DNA of 64,000 nt from a virus: positions 37,656 through 101,655 of the IMG/VR virus record IMGVR_UViG_3300007276_000035; one strand, written 5' to 3'. Positions within the stretch are counted from its first letter, which is position 1. Each line of letters begins with the position of its first letter. The notes below the pieces were generated by a model. That model was not told where the DNA came from. It ran no database searches and saw nothing but the letters and a program-made list of their open reading frames with translations. The position numbers were made by a program, and so were the translations under genes. This document shows positions 9,086 through 18,977 of this stretch, piece by piece.

Positions 9086-9915
9086 TAGTACTCGTCCCCA
9101 TCATCACCCATTTCTCGCAGCTCTGTAACAGTATCCATCATAGTAGCCATGCTCTGTCCGGCGTAGCTATCATCACCAGCAGCACTCATGATGTGTCCGT
9201 ACCAGTATGCTTCTGCACGATTTCTAACTTGCCCACTTGGTAGTAAGCCCATAGCTTGATCAGTTAGTTCCATAATTGTCTGTGCAATTTCTTCTAGTTC
9301 ATCAGCAAGCATTGAGATATCACTATCTTCGCGTATAACAGATTCTTCTGTGTTGCCTTGTACTTCAGCTACAGCACCTTTTGCTTCTTCTTGTGTAAGC
9401 CAAGTAGCTACTGTTTTATTATTATCGCTGTAAATACTCCATGGCTCCATTGGTCGCCCAACTGCTCTCCATGGTGCAGGATAATCGTCGTTTGGTGCAA
9501 ATGCATTTACCTGCGGCGCATCGCCAATCCTAAACCCTTTCTCTTTGTATGCGGCCACTTTTTTGTCGCTTTTAACTTTAACATCTTTAAGTATGCTAGA
9601 ACCAGTATTAGTTTCGCCTTCGTCTGCTCTGTCCCGCCATGCGTCTAAGTCTTCGCCTAGGTCACTAAATACCGAAGAAAGATATGCGTGAACATCACTG
9701 CTACCAATTTCGTCTAGCTCTCTATCACCATAAAACTCAGCTGCTGATTCAACAGCTTGTAATACCTTTTCTGGACCATGCTTTTGAACTAGGTCCATGT
9801 ACTGCATTTTAATACGATGCATAATAGAATCATATACTGCTCGCATACTGTCAGTAGCCCATCTATCAAATGTGCTAGATTCAAATAAGTTTATTAGGTC
9901 ACGCATGTTCTTCAT
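9085..9915 (-). CDS. Putative internal head protein
   Basis: MKNMRDLINLFES N-terminus; acidic, modular. Confidence 0.6.
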   Translation of the reverse strand: MKNMRDLINLFESSTFDRWATDSMRAVYDSIMHRIKMQYMDLVQKHGPEKVLQAVESAAEFYGDRELDEIGSSDVHAYLSSVFSDLGEDLDAWRDRADEGETNTGSSILKDVKVKSDKKVAAYKEKGFRIGDAPQVNAFAPNDDYPAPWRAVGRPMEPWSIYSDNNKTVATWLTQEEAKGAVAEVQGNTEESVIREDSDISMLADELEEIAQTIMELTDQAMGLLPSGQVRNRAEAYWYGHIMSAAGDDSYAGQSMATMMDTVTELREMGDDGDEY

Positions 9916-9954
9916 TGTTATATTCCTGTTGGTAATTTTCTAAATTCGTTTATG

Positions 9955-10323
9955 TTATTGGCTTTTGAGCCACTTACATAACTCTTCAACGCTACCGTCG
10001 AAGAACTTAATAGCTGGCTTGCCCTTCTTACCATCGTGCCAATAAACTGGACCTCCAGGTCTAGTGGTGCTGTACACATGCACTACTGCTAGACCATCTG
10101 GGCGGGTAATTATTGTGTGGGTGTTGCCTGGTGGTTCTTTAACAACACAACCGGCTACTTTTTTACCTGCAGAAGATTGTATGGCACGAAGTAAATCCTT
10201 TTCCTTGCTCAATGCTTTCTCCAGGTCCCTAACACGTTTTTTGGCTGCCACAAGATCGTCCTGCGTGTACTTCTTTTTGTTCGCTTCCTCAATTTTCTCT
10301 AATAGGATTCTAAATTCGTTCAT
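9955..10323 (-). CDS. Putative internal head protein
   Basis: MNEFRILLEKIEEA N-terminus. Confidence 0.55.
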   Translation of the reverse strand: MNEFRILLEKIEEANKKKYTQDDLVAAKKRVRDLEKALSKEKDLLRAIQSSAGKKVAGCVVKEPPGNTHTIITRPDGLAVVHVYSTTRPGGPVYWHDGKKGKPAIKFFDGSVEELCKWLKSQ

Positions 10324-10324
10324 G

Positions 10325-11746
10325 TTATAGTCCTGCTAGTTGCCTAAGTTCAGCCATTGCGCTATCAATAGCATTCTGAGAAGTTTCTTCGACTGCTTCT
10401 TCTTCAACTGATTCTTCAGTTTCGTCTATTTCTGAATAGTCGTTAGCGTAATCATCTTCGCTAGGCTCACCTGAGCTGCCGCCTACTTTGCCAGTACCGT
10501 CACACTTGGTGCATTCGTAACTACGTGGTGCACCGTCCATGTCTACGCTGAAGTAATGCTCGCCTGTTCCGTCACAGTGTGGGCAATCGTCGCCGTCTGC
10601 TTCAGGCTCGTCTTCGCTTACATATTCAGCAGCGATGTCACTAAAGTCAACGCTATCCATCATGTCGTCTTCTGTATCTTGTACAGGAATTTCTTGATCG
10701 TCAGCTACGTCAAACTCATCGCTGGTATCTTCAGGCTCGCCTTCAGATTCTTCGCCACCAGCAGCGCGATCGCCATCATTATATGCACGGATTGCTAAAG
10801 TAGCTTGGTTGCTCAATCCAGCTTGCACTGAACTATCAACACTACTAATAAAATCAACTAGAGACTGTTGATCGCTAACAGAACCATCTGCTAAGCCTCC
10901 GCCTAGTTGCGCCATTGCATTGGAAAGCTCTGGTTCTTTTTCGCTTTCTGCATTACGCATAAGCAAACGCCCAATGTCAGCTAGCTTCTTCTCAGCATCA
11001 CTCATACCATAGTATGAACTTCTTCCTACCTGGAAAGGTACTGCCGCTGCTTCGTCAACACTTTCACTTAGTGGTAAGCCTGCAAGCTGGCGTAGTTCGT
11101 TTAAATTTTTCATATCAATACTCTCGTTAACTGTTATATTATATTTATCGTTTTCTGATTCATTAACACCCAATAGATAGTGTGCAACTAAATCAAAATA
11201 AGGTTTACCGTCTATGATTGTGTCAGCATCTATACCAGCCGCTTTTGTAAATGCGTCTCGATCGTTAGCAGCAACAGCATTTCTAACATCGGTTGCTGAA
11301 CTCAAGCGAGGTGTAGGCTTTTGATGTATACTAGCAAATTCGTAATAGCCATGCTTACCTTCTTTACCGTTATATTTTACTAAGGAATCAGTTAGCCAAG
11401 ATTCATCAGTATAAACGGTTAACGGTACTTTACCGTGTTCAGCATATACTTTGCTAGCAAGTGTAAACAGGTTTGATTCTGCAACAATGTGATTAGCTAC
11501 GCCTGGCCATAGTGCTTCCATTGCTTTAATCTTAACGTCGAATGGTAGAGGATCTTTCTTGCCTTGAGTAGATTTATTAGTGCCAACATACCAATGGTCG
11601 TTTTCGCTTGCCATTTGCCAGGCAGCAGCATGTCCCCTGTGGGGAGGATTGAACCGCCCGAACATTATACCCACAGTCTCGTATGAATCGTTGCTAGGCA
11701 AGGCACTGTTCTTTTCAAAGTCTTCTGTTATATCTTTAAATCTCAT
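10325..11746 (-). CDS. Cytidyltransferase-like (HxGH) nucleotidyltransferase with acidic tail and zinc finger
   Basis: FGRFNPPHRGH, K.DPL, SAT.VR; two CxxCDGTG; ELRQLAGL twice; start MRFKDITE at 11746. Confidence 0.8.
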   Translation of the reverse strand: MRFKDITEDFEKNSALPSNDSYETVGIMFGRFNPPHRGHAAAWQMASENDHWYVGTNKSTQGKKDPLPFDVKIKAMEALWPGVANHIVAESNLFTLASKVYAEHGKVPLTVYTDESWLTDSLVKYNGKEGKHGYYEFASIHQKPTPRLSSATDVRNAVAANDRDAFTKAAGIDADTIIDGKPYFDLVAHYLLGVNESENDKYNITVNESIDMKNLNELRQLAGLPLSESVDEAAAVPFQVGRSSYYGMSDAEKKLADIGRLLMRNAESEKEPELSNAMAQLGGGLADGSVSDQQSLVDFISSVDSSVQAGLSNQATLAIRAYNDGDRAAGGEESEGEPEDTSDEFDVADDQEIPVQDTEDDMMDSVDFSDIAAEYVSEDEPEADGDDCPHCDGTGEHYFSVDMDGAPRSYECTKCDGTGKVGGSSGEPSEDDYANDYSEIDETEESVEEEAVEETSQNAIDSAMAELRQLAGL

Positions 11747-11747
11747 A

Positions 11748-12887
11748 TTAAATACCAGGCTGCCATTTGTGTCTAGGAACAAATTTCACATTACCAAACT
11801 GCTTTTTGTCGTCACCGTATCTAACATGACCTTCACCTTTTGTATCCCAAATTTCGCCTTCTTGATCTTCTAGTTGATCAATTACACTGTTCTTAGCCAC
11901 TTGTATAATCTTAACTAACGTGAATATTTCTTCAGTGACGTTATTATACGCCTGGTCAAGCTCTTGTATTTTTGCTTGCTTGGGTTGACTTACAGTACTG
12001 TTAGCGAGCCATTGATAAAAGTGCTTACTACTTAATTTGTCTAGTTGCCTTGCTTTAGCAGTCTGGTTCACGTACTTGTAAATAATCTCTTTAACATCAG
12101 ACAAGCCTTTGACACCAGCAATGAATGTATCAATGTTCTTGCCATGCTGTGACACATACTTGTCAGCTTGATCTATTGCTGAAGTATCCACTTTAATTGG
12201 CTTCTTGTTGTATACTGGACCTAATACGATAATTGGGGCAGTGTTATTAAACTGACTAAAATCATCTATTGGTTGTTGATCGTTTTGGTTCATGCCGTAT
12301 TCTGGATAGTAAGCGTGTCCTACAATCATTGCGTCTGCTTGACTAATACGCTTGCCTAAGTCGCTGTCTTGACTTACGTGGTAACATGTACCTGAGTTTT
12401 CATTTGGACAAAAGTTATATATGCCGTTGTTGTCTAGTTCTGGGCGCGTAGAAAACATTAAGTCTCCGTATACAAACCCAACAAAATCCTTTGGTGTAGC
12501 TGCATCAAGTGGTGCGTATAAACTAGCAAACAATTTTGCAAACTGCTCTCTAGCAGGACCAGCAGCTTTAGTGCCTGTAGCAATAAAATTATAAAGTTCT
12601 TCTGCACTGTCTAGCTTAACATTGCGTCCCCAACCAGCAGTACCTGTAACTAGCAAAGGTCCGCCTGCAACTTCACGACCCCAATACACAGTAGGCTTAC
12701 CATCCCACTTCATGCGTATTGATGTTGATCCTTTATCTTGTGTAATTTCACGCAAGTGATCTAGTGCTTCTTTAACTCCAGCTGCACCGTAAAAGAATAC
12801 AAGATCTTCTAAATGATTAAAGGTTCTTCCTAGCTGTTTAAGCTCAAAAAGATTACGGGCTTCATAGATAAATTCAATCGCTTTCAT
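11748..12887 (-). CDS. DUF6267-like protein with ligase-type KxDG nucleotidyltransferase motifs
   Basis: HLEDL, MKWDG, YGDLMF, EGHV, VKFVPR. Confidence 0.65.
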   Translation of the reverse strand: MKAIEFIYEARNLFELKQLGRTFNHLEDLVFFYGAAGVKEALDHLREITQDKGSTSIRMKWDGKPTVYWGREVAGGPLLVTGTAGWGRNVKLDSAEELYNFIATGTKAAGPAREQFAKLFASLYAPLDAATPKDFVGFVYGDLMFSTRPELDNNGIYNFCPNENSGTCYHVSQDSDLGKRISQADAMIVGHAYYPEYGMNQNDQQPIDDFSQFNNTAPIIVLGPVYNKKPIKVDTSAIDQADKYVSQHGKNIDTFIAGVKGLSDVKEIIYKYVNQTAKARQLDKLSSKHFYQWLANSTVSQPKQAKIQELDQAYNNVTEEIFTLVKIIQVAKNSVIDQLEDQEGEIWDTKGEGHVRYGDDKKQFGNVKFVPRHKWQPGI

Positions 12888-12917
12888 ATTACTTATTTAT
12901 CTACTTTACACGTATTT

Positions 12918-13742
12918 CTATCTGTAATATTTAATGTATTGCCTTGCGATATATTCCCCGATCAAGATATGTTCGGTGTCACTGAAGTGTCCCTGGGTTA
13001 ATGTACCATTACTGTTAACATGGTCGTAGCGGTTCTCTACTAGATTTGGCTTCGGCAATCTTTTTTGTATCTCAGCCCATTCGGTTAGTATATTACTATC
13101 AGACCATAGTTTTGAAGTATACGGTGATAGACCCAGCCAGGTTTCAGTCACATGAAACTCAAGACCATAGCTTTTACACAACAAAAATAAATGATTTATA
13201 ACTTCGGTATTAACATATTGTGAACAGCTTTCTGGATAGTACTTTATGGCTAATGCAACATCCGGGTCGTATCCTTCACTAGGATCCACGTCTTGGTATT
13301 CAATTCCGTGCCCTCGCTCAGTTCGATGTACATGAGTAGGAACTCCGGCATCGCTAACACCAAACAGCCTAGCTTCTTGTGTGGGGGTAAAAAATACGTT
13401 TATCTTGTCGTATTTTTTCTGTGCCTCATTGAGGTCATGAATTACAAACTGTGTGAGAGAATAAAGACCCCAGCCGTTTGACGATGAACTAAGGCAAAAA
13501 CTAATCATGTCATGCTCTAGTATATTACTAGCTATAGTAGGATACGCTAGATCAGGCCTTGAAAAACTTTTATCTGTCTTGATATATCGATAGGTATACT
13601 CTAATCCTGCATTTTCACCAGGATTAGTATAAACGTAGTCGCTGTTTTGCAGACTAACTTGTTGTATATGATCTGATGGGAAAAAATGTAATAGCTCTGC
13701 TCCCATGGGAATACTGCATCCTAACCAAATATCTAAGTTCAT
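12918..13742 (-). CDS. SGNH/GDSL hydrolase-like protein
   Basis: WLGCSIPMG block I, PDLAYP, SSSN, C-terminal GHFS..EH. Confidence 0.55.
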   Translation of the reverse strand: MNLDIWLGCSIPMGAELLHFFPSDHIQQVSLQNSDYVYTNPGENAGLEYTYRYIKTDKSFSRPDLAYPTIASNILEHDMISFCLSSSSNGWGLYSLTQFVIHDLNEAQKKYDKINVFFTPTQEARLFGVSDAGVPTHVHRTERGHGIEYQDVDPSEGYDPDVALAIKYYPESCSQYVNTEVINHLFLLCKSYGLEFHVTETWLGLSPYTSKLWSDSNILTEWAEIQKRLPKPNLVENRYDHVNSNGTLTQGHFSDTEHILIGEYIARQYIKYYR

Positions 13743-14269
13743 GCGTGTTTAACTCCTACTATATGCACTCGGTCTTTTTCACCGTGGTTTATTGCACAGT
13801 GTAAACGTGTTGTGTTTGTTTCGTAAGTGTTACCGGCATCGAGATGAAAAATTTTCGCAGTCCAGTCATCTTCGTTGTAAAAGTACATTAGGCTAGTTGG
13901 GTTGGTTATAACAGGTATGTGTAATCGTATACTTTCCTTGTCTGGATACAGCTTATCGTCGTGTATAGAATATGCAGTCTTGGGAAGCATTTTTAAAATA
14001 CGCCAACGGTAATACTCAGGGTAGCGTAAAATACATTCTTCAATGTAAGTGCCTTTTAAATAATTATTTATTTGGTTGTATTCTGATTCTGGCATTGTTA
14101 TACTAGATGTTCTTCCAATACTGACAAGCCAATCGTTAGAGCCGGTCTTACTAGTAAGACTTATTTGTAATTCGTTTAATAAATTTTGTGAAGTAACTAG
14201 ATCTCTGATTTCAGTAGCTAGTAAATCTACATTGATATCAGAGTCTAGTTGTTTGACGTAGTTATGCAT
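13739..14269 (-). CDS. Asp/Asn beta-hydroxylase-like 2OG-Fe(II) oxygenase
   Basis: YSIHDD, RLHIP..TNP, HCAIN.G..DRVHIV. Confidence 0.8.
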   Translation of the reverse strand: MHNYVKQLDSDINVDLLATEIRDLVTSQNLLNELQISLTSKTGSNDWLVSIGRTSSITMPESEYNQINNYLKGTYIEECILRYPEYYRWRILKMLPKTAYSIHDDKLYPDKESIRLHIPVITNPTSLMYFYNEDDWTAKIFHLDAGNTYETNTTRLHCAINHGEKDRVHIVGVKHA

Positions 14270-14295
14270 TATAACTACTTATAGTGTCTGTTAAA

Positions 14296-14481
14296 TTAAG
14301 CTACTTCTTTCTGAAGCATTCTGAATGCGCCGTAAGCTACACCAGCCATTGCGATATACTTAAGAAACGGGCTTGCTAGTAGTACTGCTAAGCTAACGCC
14401 TGCAATAACACCGCCGTCCCAAGTTGAACGCTCTGCTAATCTTGCTTTAACCCAATCTGTAATTTTAGTAATGAAATCCAT
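14296..14481 (-). CDS. Small membrane protein
   Basis: AGGAG RBS; W.K.RL.ERSTWDG followed by hydrophobic segments. Confidence 0.7.
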   Translation of the reverse strand: MDFITKITDWVKARLAERSTWDGGVIAGVSLAVLLASPFLKYIAMAGVAYGAFRMLQKEVA

Positions 14482-14493
14482 TGATCTCTCCTT

Positions 14494-15660
14494 TTAATCG
14501 TTATTATAAAGATACATTGATCGTGTAACCCAATTGCTGTTAAACCAATCAACTTTCTTGTCTATCTCATCGTCAACCCCGTTCGGAAAAGTTACTGTAG
14601 CAGTTTGCCTTTTTGGGTTGTGTGAGATTTTTGCTTGCGGGAATGTTCCCTGTAGTGATTTGTGTACTTTTTTATCTACGTGGAAGAACTTAACACCTGT
14701 AGCTCCATCTCCGTAGAACATTTCGTTAACATCACCAGGTGATTCTTTCTGATAAGGCTTGTTACATTTTATACAACGCTTAGGATCATGTGGGTCGTAT
14801 TCGTGTTCACATTTGTCCTCTGACATAGCGCCTTTGAGTTGATCTATTACGCTACGTTGACCTTTAACGTCTAAGCTCTTGCCCATAACCTTTAGTATTT
14901 GTGCAAGTTGTTCTTTGCTTGGATCTGACTCAATGAAGTCACTAAACAGTGTAGCTACCATTTTGTGTAGTGCTGCATTTCCAGCTAGTACCATTGGGCT
15001 TTCGTCTACAGCTTTAGGATTGCGCCAGTCTTTTTTCATTTTAGATTTTAGCCTATCGTAATCATCACTGCTACCTATACCTGCATTCTTTGGTACTGGT
15101 TTCTCACCTGGACCTGGACCTTTCTTTGCAGGTCTAGCTTTTTTCTTTTCTTCTACTGGTCTTGGTTCTAGGTCTTTGGTAGTAACCTTGTTCTTTTTCA
15201 TACGACTAGTTTCCTTGTTAACGTGGGCAAGTGCAGCTTCTTCAGAATCAAAGCCACCTTTAAAACGGTTAGCCCACTTACCTGCTCTAGTCTTCCAAGC
15301 ACGGTTAGCAGCTTCACCTACCATCTTGTTGCGCATTGGGTGTGGACTGGTGTTGCCCTTCTTGGGTGGCTTGTTGGTCTTGGGCTTAGGGTCACTAGCA
15401 CGAGCATGTGGAGTTCTTGCTTCATCAACGTTACCAGGAGTATGAGCCTCTTGGATGCCTTCATCCATTTCACGAGCTTCTTCATCACTCAGGTACATGT
15501 CAGTGTCACGGTCGTAATACTTGCCTTCTTGTGGATCGTAATAATATACTCTACCGTTCTTAGCGATAAACGGGCCTTCTAACCCGGGTATATCTGTATA
15601 GCGTTCACGGTCTATCTTAGGCAATGTAGACCAGCCTTCTAGTATCTCTTTAAATTTCAT
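14494..15660 (-). CDS. Putative internal head protein (modular)
   Basis: MKFKEILE N-terminus; GLEGPF....G..YYYDP.EG.YYD..TDMY; many xxE sites. Confidence 0.65.
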   Translation of the reverse strand: MKFKEILEGWSTLPKIDRERYTDIPGLEGPFIAKNGRVYYYDPQEGKYYDRDTDMYLSDEEAREMDEGIQEAHTPGNVDEARTPHARASDPKPKTNKPPKKGNTSPHPMRNKMVGEAANRAWKTRAGKWANRFKGGFDSEEAALAHVNKETSRMKKNKVTTKDLEPRPVEEKKKARPAKKGPGPGEKPVPKNAGIGSSDDYDRLKSKMKKDWRNPKAVDESPMVLAGNAALHKMVATLFSDFIESDPSKEQLAQILKVMGKSLDVKGQRSVIDQLKGAMSEDKCEHEYDPHDPKRCIKCNKPYQKESPGDVNEMFYGDGATGVKFFHVDKKVHKSLQGTFPQAKISHNPKRQTATVTFPNGVDDEIDKKVDWFNSNWVTRSMYLYNND

Positions 15661-15688
15661 AAACTCCCCGAGCTAAAGCATTTAAACA

Positions 15689-15734
15689 TATTTATCTGAT
15701 CTTGGTTGACTTGATCCACTTTATACTGTATACT
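15689..15734. promoter_or_regulatory. Divergent promoters: late (minus strand) and sigma70 (plus strand)
   Basis: GATAAATA on minus strand at 15689-15696; TTGACT-N17-TATACT at 15706-15734. Confidence 0.6.
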
Positions 15735-15765
15735 ATATACTAATCTAACAGTTTAAGGTAGTATT

Positions 15766-16041
15766 ATGTCTTGGAACATACGAATAATCAAACAAACCCA
15801 CCCCTGTGGTACTGCAACATACGGCCTACACGAAGTGCATTACGACGATGATATGCAACCTGTTAGTTGCACTGAAAACACTATAGCAATGTCTGCAGAA
15901 TCATGGGACGACCTATATGATTACTGTGTTATGGTATTACGCGCATTCATTAAGCCTGCATTAGACATGAGCATTTTCGAACAAGATGATGTACAAGAAT
16001 CAACAGACCGAGCACTGGGACTACTTAACAATGAGCTTTAA
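15766..16041 (+). CDS. Hypothetical protein
   Basis: WN.RI...YGLHEV.YD motif common in phage ORFs. Confidence 0.7.
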   Translation: MSWNIRIIKQTHPCGTATYGLHEVHYDDDMQPVSCTENTIAMSAESWDDLYDYCVMVLRAFIKPALDMSIFEQDDVQESTDRALGLLNNEL

Positions 16042-17071
16042 TCAATCTATTAAGAGAATGGGGTTTTGTTGCAAGTACATGGACCCTGATCAAACACAGC
16101 CTAAAAAATTATTAGAGGAACTACAACGACCACTAAATACTCGTAGTACTACAATGACTTGGCTTAACAATCAAACCAAGGATGTTGCGTACCAGCGACT
16201 ATGGGAGTTAATGGAACATAACATTGCTTCGTACCAAAGGTTAGTAGAATATGCAGGCAGTTTACCAGAAAATATGCGCATGGTTAGGTTGGGTAGCGAT
16301 TGCTTGCCTGGCTTCACTCAGTCGGTGTGGGGACAACATTGGCGTCGAGGAGAAGTTCGACGATATGTGGAGACAAATCTTGCCAGAGTGGGCGAAACCG
16401 CTCGTAGGCTTGATGTTCGTCTTAGTTTTCATCCTGGTCAGTTTACTGTTTTGGCAAGTGATCGACCTGACGTAGTAGAAAAAAGCATCGAAGAATTAGA
16501 GTACCACGCATACATGGCAGAGCTAATGGGCTATGGTCAAGAGTTTATGGACTTTAAGATTAACGTACATATCTCCGGTAAGCAAGGTGCAGAAGGTATC
16601 GTTAAGGTACTACCTAGACTAAGCCCAGTTGCCCGTAATACTATGACAATAGAAAACGACGAAATGAAATGGGGTCTAGACGAAAGTCTTAAATTAAAAG
16701 ATCATTTAGCTTTAGTTCTAGACGTACACCATCACTGGATACGCGATGAAGAATATATTGAGGCAAACGATGACCGAGTTAAAGCAGTGGTCGACAGCTG
16801 GCGCGGTGTTCGCCCTGTCATTCATTATAGTTACAGCCGTTGTGAGCAGTTACCTGATGATGCTAGTAAGCATACTAATATGCATGATATCAAAAGTTTG
16901 TTGGAGCAAGGTTTTAAAAAGCAAAAACTCCGCGCACACAGTGAATACTATCCTAACAAGAAAGTAAACGAGTGGGCACTTAGCTTTTGGGACCAATTTG
17001 ATATTCAATGCGAAGCTAAAGCAAAAAATTTAGCAAGCAAACAACTATATGATCAATCGCTTAACCAATAG
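16031..17071 (+). CDS. uvsE: UV damage endonuclease
   Basis: RMGFCCK, RLSFHPGQF, NVH, IENDE, LDVHHH, RAHS, EAKAKNLA. Confidence 0.93.
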   Translation: MSFNQSIKRMGFCCKYMDPDQTQPKKLLEELQRPLNTRSTTMTWLNNQTKDVAYQRLWELMEHNIASYQRLVEYAGSLPENMRMVRLGSDCLPGFTQSVWGQHWRRGEVRRYVETNLARVGETARRLDVRLSFHPGQFTVLASDRPDVVEKSIEELEYHAYMAELMGYGQEFMDFKINVHISGKQGAEGIVKVLPRLSPVARNTMTIENDEMKWGLDESLKLKDHLALVLDVHHHWIRDEEYIEANDDRVKAVVDSWRGVRPVIHYSYSRCEQLPDDASKHTNMHDIKSLLEQGFKKQKLRAHSEYYPNKKVNEWALSFWDQFDIQCEAKAKNLASKQLYDQSLNQ

Positions 17072-18056
17072 ATTTTTACCGCCAAGGCTTCCTTTCATAC
17101 CATTGTATGATGGCCAAGATACTATCTTATACTGTTACGGTGAGGTCGACACAGTCCTAGCACAAAAAGTATCGCCCAAAGCATCAATAATAACTATCGA
17201 CAATGCTGACGGTTTGCTTAACCGTGATGAAGAAACATTGTGTGTGTTGTTGTATACTTTAAAAGATGCACTCAACGAAGATCAACTCAAGCAGTTAACA
17301 CAAAGAAACATTCTAGTGGTTGCTCCAGTAGGGCACGAAGTAGTTGATGTTGAATTCCCGGCTAGCCATCCTGACGTGCTTAGTGTCGGAATACATAACA
17401 AAGACAATCTAGTTGAACTTAATTCAAATATCGGCGATATTGATATTTACGCTCATGCTAAAGATTTAAACCAAGCAGCTACTTTGGTCGCCAGCGGATG
17501 CCTACATTATATTCAAACAAAAATGGTACGCTATGCACACGAACTTAAAGATTATGTTTTACTTAGTGCGACCAGGAATGCATTAACTGGTCCGTGGCCA
17601 CCTTTTCATGACAAACATAAAGCAATTCACGGCAAGCATTTAAACAATAGAACAATGTTTGTTCCTACAAAGCAAGAACCTATGTTGTGGAACATGCCTA
17701 AGGACTTTAATCAATACTTTTTCATTAATAAGTATAAAACAAAATATATTCCACTAAATATATCGAACACAGTAAAAGAAGTTGACCTAGGCGATGTAAA
17801 TGAATTACCTGACTTTGTAGAACTTAAGAACAATGTTCTACGTATTGATCCGAATCGTGACGATATTAAACCAGGAATATATCAATTTGAGTTAACAGCA
17901 TATACGGCTGATACACACCAAATACAAACTTTTTATATACGGTTAAAAAGTAACACAGGAGAAGACATAGATTATACTTACGCATTAGTTAGGATAGACG
18001 GCGAGTACTTTGAGCTTGGTGTCGACGATGTGTTAGAATTTTCAGGCTATCATTAA
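17049..18056 (+). CDS. Degenerate subtilase (S8)-like protein with C-terminal Ig-like domain
   Basis: VVAPVGH, FPAS.PDVLSVG, SNIG.IDIYA; catalytic GTSMA motif absent. Confidence 0.55.
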   Translation: MINRLTNRFLPPRLPFIPLYDGQDTILYCYGEVDTVLAQKVSPKASIITIDNADGLLNRDEETLCVLLYTLKDALNEDQLKQLTQRNILVVAPVGHEVVDVEFPASHPDVLSVGIHNKDNLVELNSNIGDIDIYAHAKDLNQAATLVASGCLHYIQTKMVRYAHELKDYVLLSATRNALTGPWPPFHDKHKAIHGKHLNNRTMFVPTKQEPMLWNMPKDFNQYFFINKYKTKYIPLNISNTVKEVDLGDVNELPDFVELKNNVLRIDPNRDDIKPGIYQFELTAYTADTHQIQTFYIRLKSNTGEDIDYTYALVRIDGEYFELGVDDVLEFSGYH

Positions 18057-18977
18057 ATGATTAGAGACTTAGTTGTAATAGGAACAAGTATGGCCAGCGG
18101 CGTTGGCCAGGGCCTTGAGTCTCGCACAGCAGAAGATGGTGCCGTTGTTAGTTGGGTTACTGCCTTAGCTAATTTATTAGAGGTTGACAACGTTTGGAAT
18201 CATAGCTTACCTGGAAAGCCGATTGGGTTAGTTCACGCAGATTTTGTTGAATTCCATAGGCAATATATTAAAAGATACGGAACTAGCGAAAATCTCACAA
18301 TAATACTTGAATACAGTATGCCTAGCTATAGACATTGGGATCCTGTTGCTGCATCTAGATCCGACTGTATGGGTATGAATATAATCCCACTTGCGCAGTT
18401 TAGTCCCATCATGGATTGGGAAAAAGCAAGATCATCAGCATATTATCGAGATGCTAAATTTCTACAGACTGAATTTTACGAAAGGCGCGAGATAGACATG
18501 TTAGCAGTATCACGTAACGCTGGCGCTGACATGTATCAAAAAGTAACAGACGATGTTATTTTGCCTGACGAGGTTTTAGATTTTGAAGCTCGTGCATTAG
18601 AATGGTTTAGACCTACAGAAGAAAATAAATTACGTTACATGAAATATGCCTTCGACGAACTAGGTTCTGCCCAGCGACTGTGTAACCATTGGAATACAGC
18701 TTACTTGCAAACTTGGGCAGGAGGATTTAATGACGATTACAAACGCGGAGTTGATCGATTTCTAAAGCCGTTGTCACAAGGCAACCCACGACTAATACCA
18801 ATGCAAGAGTTTACGTCTATTACTGCTACTAACGACTGGAGTGATAAAGTGTGGCGTAATCATCCAGACGAAGTCGGACACAAACGAATCGCTGAATATT
18901 TTTACAATTACATTAAAGAACATAAGATATACGAAAGACCTAACAATAATTTATATAGAGGATATACTAGTGAGTAA
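18057..18977 (+). CDS. SGNH/GDSL hydrolase-like protein
   Basis: VIGTSMASG block I, SW...LA..L, N.SLPG, NHPDEVGH..IA. Confidence 0.65.
   Translation: MIRDLVVIGTSMASGVGQGLESRTAEDGAVVSWVTALANLLEVDNVWNHSLPGKPIGLVHADFVEFHRQYIKRYGTSENLTIILEYSMPSYRHWDPVAASRSDCMGMNIIPLAQFSPIMDWEKARSSAYYRDAKFLQTEFYERREIDMLAVSRNAGADMYQKVTDDVILPDEVLDFEARALEWFRPTEENKLRYMKYAFDELGSAQRLCNHWNTAYLQTWAGGFNDDYKRGVDRFLKPLSQGNPRLIPMQEFTSITATNDWSDKVWRNHPDEVGHKRIAEYFYNYIKEHKIYERPNNNLYRGYTSE

Noticed and set aside
18081-18098. GTSMAS as the missing catalytic Ser motif of the upstream subtilase-like ORF
   Set aside because: It sits exactly at SGNH block I of a separate protein and far past the point where the S8 motif belongs; coincidence.
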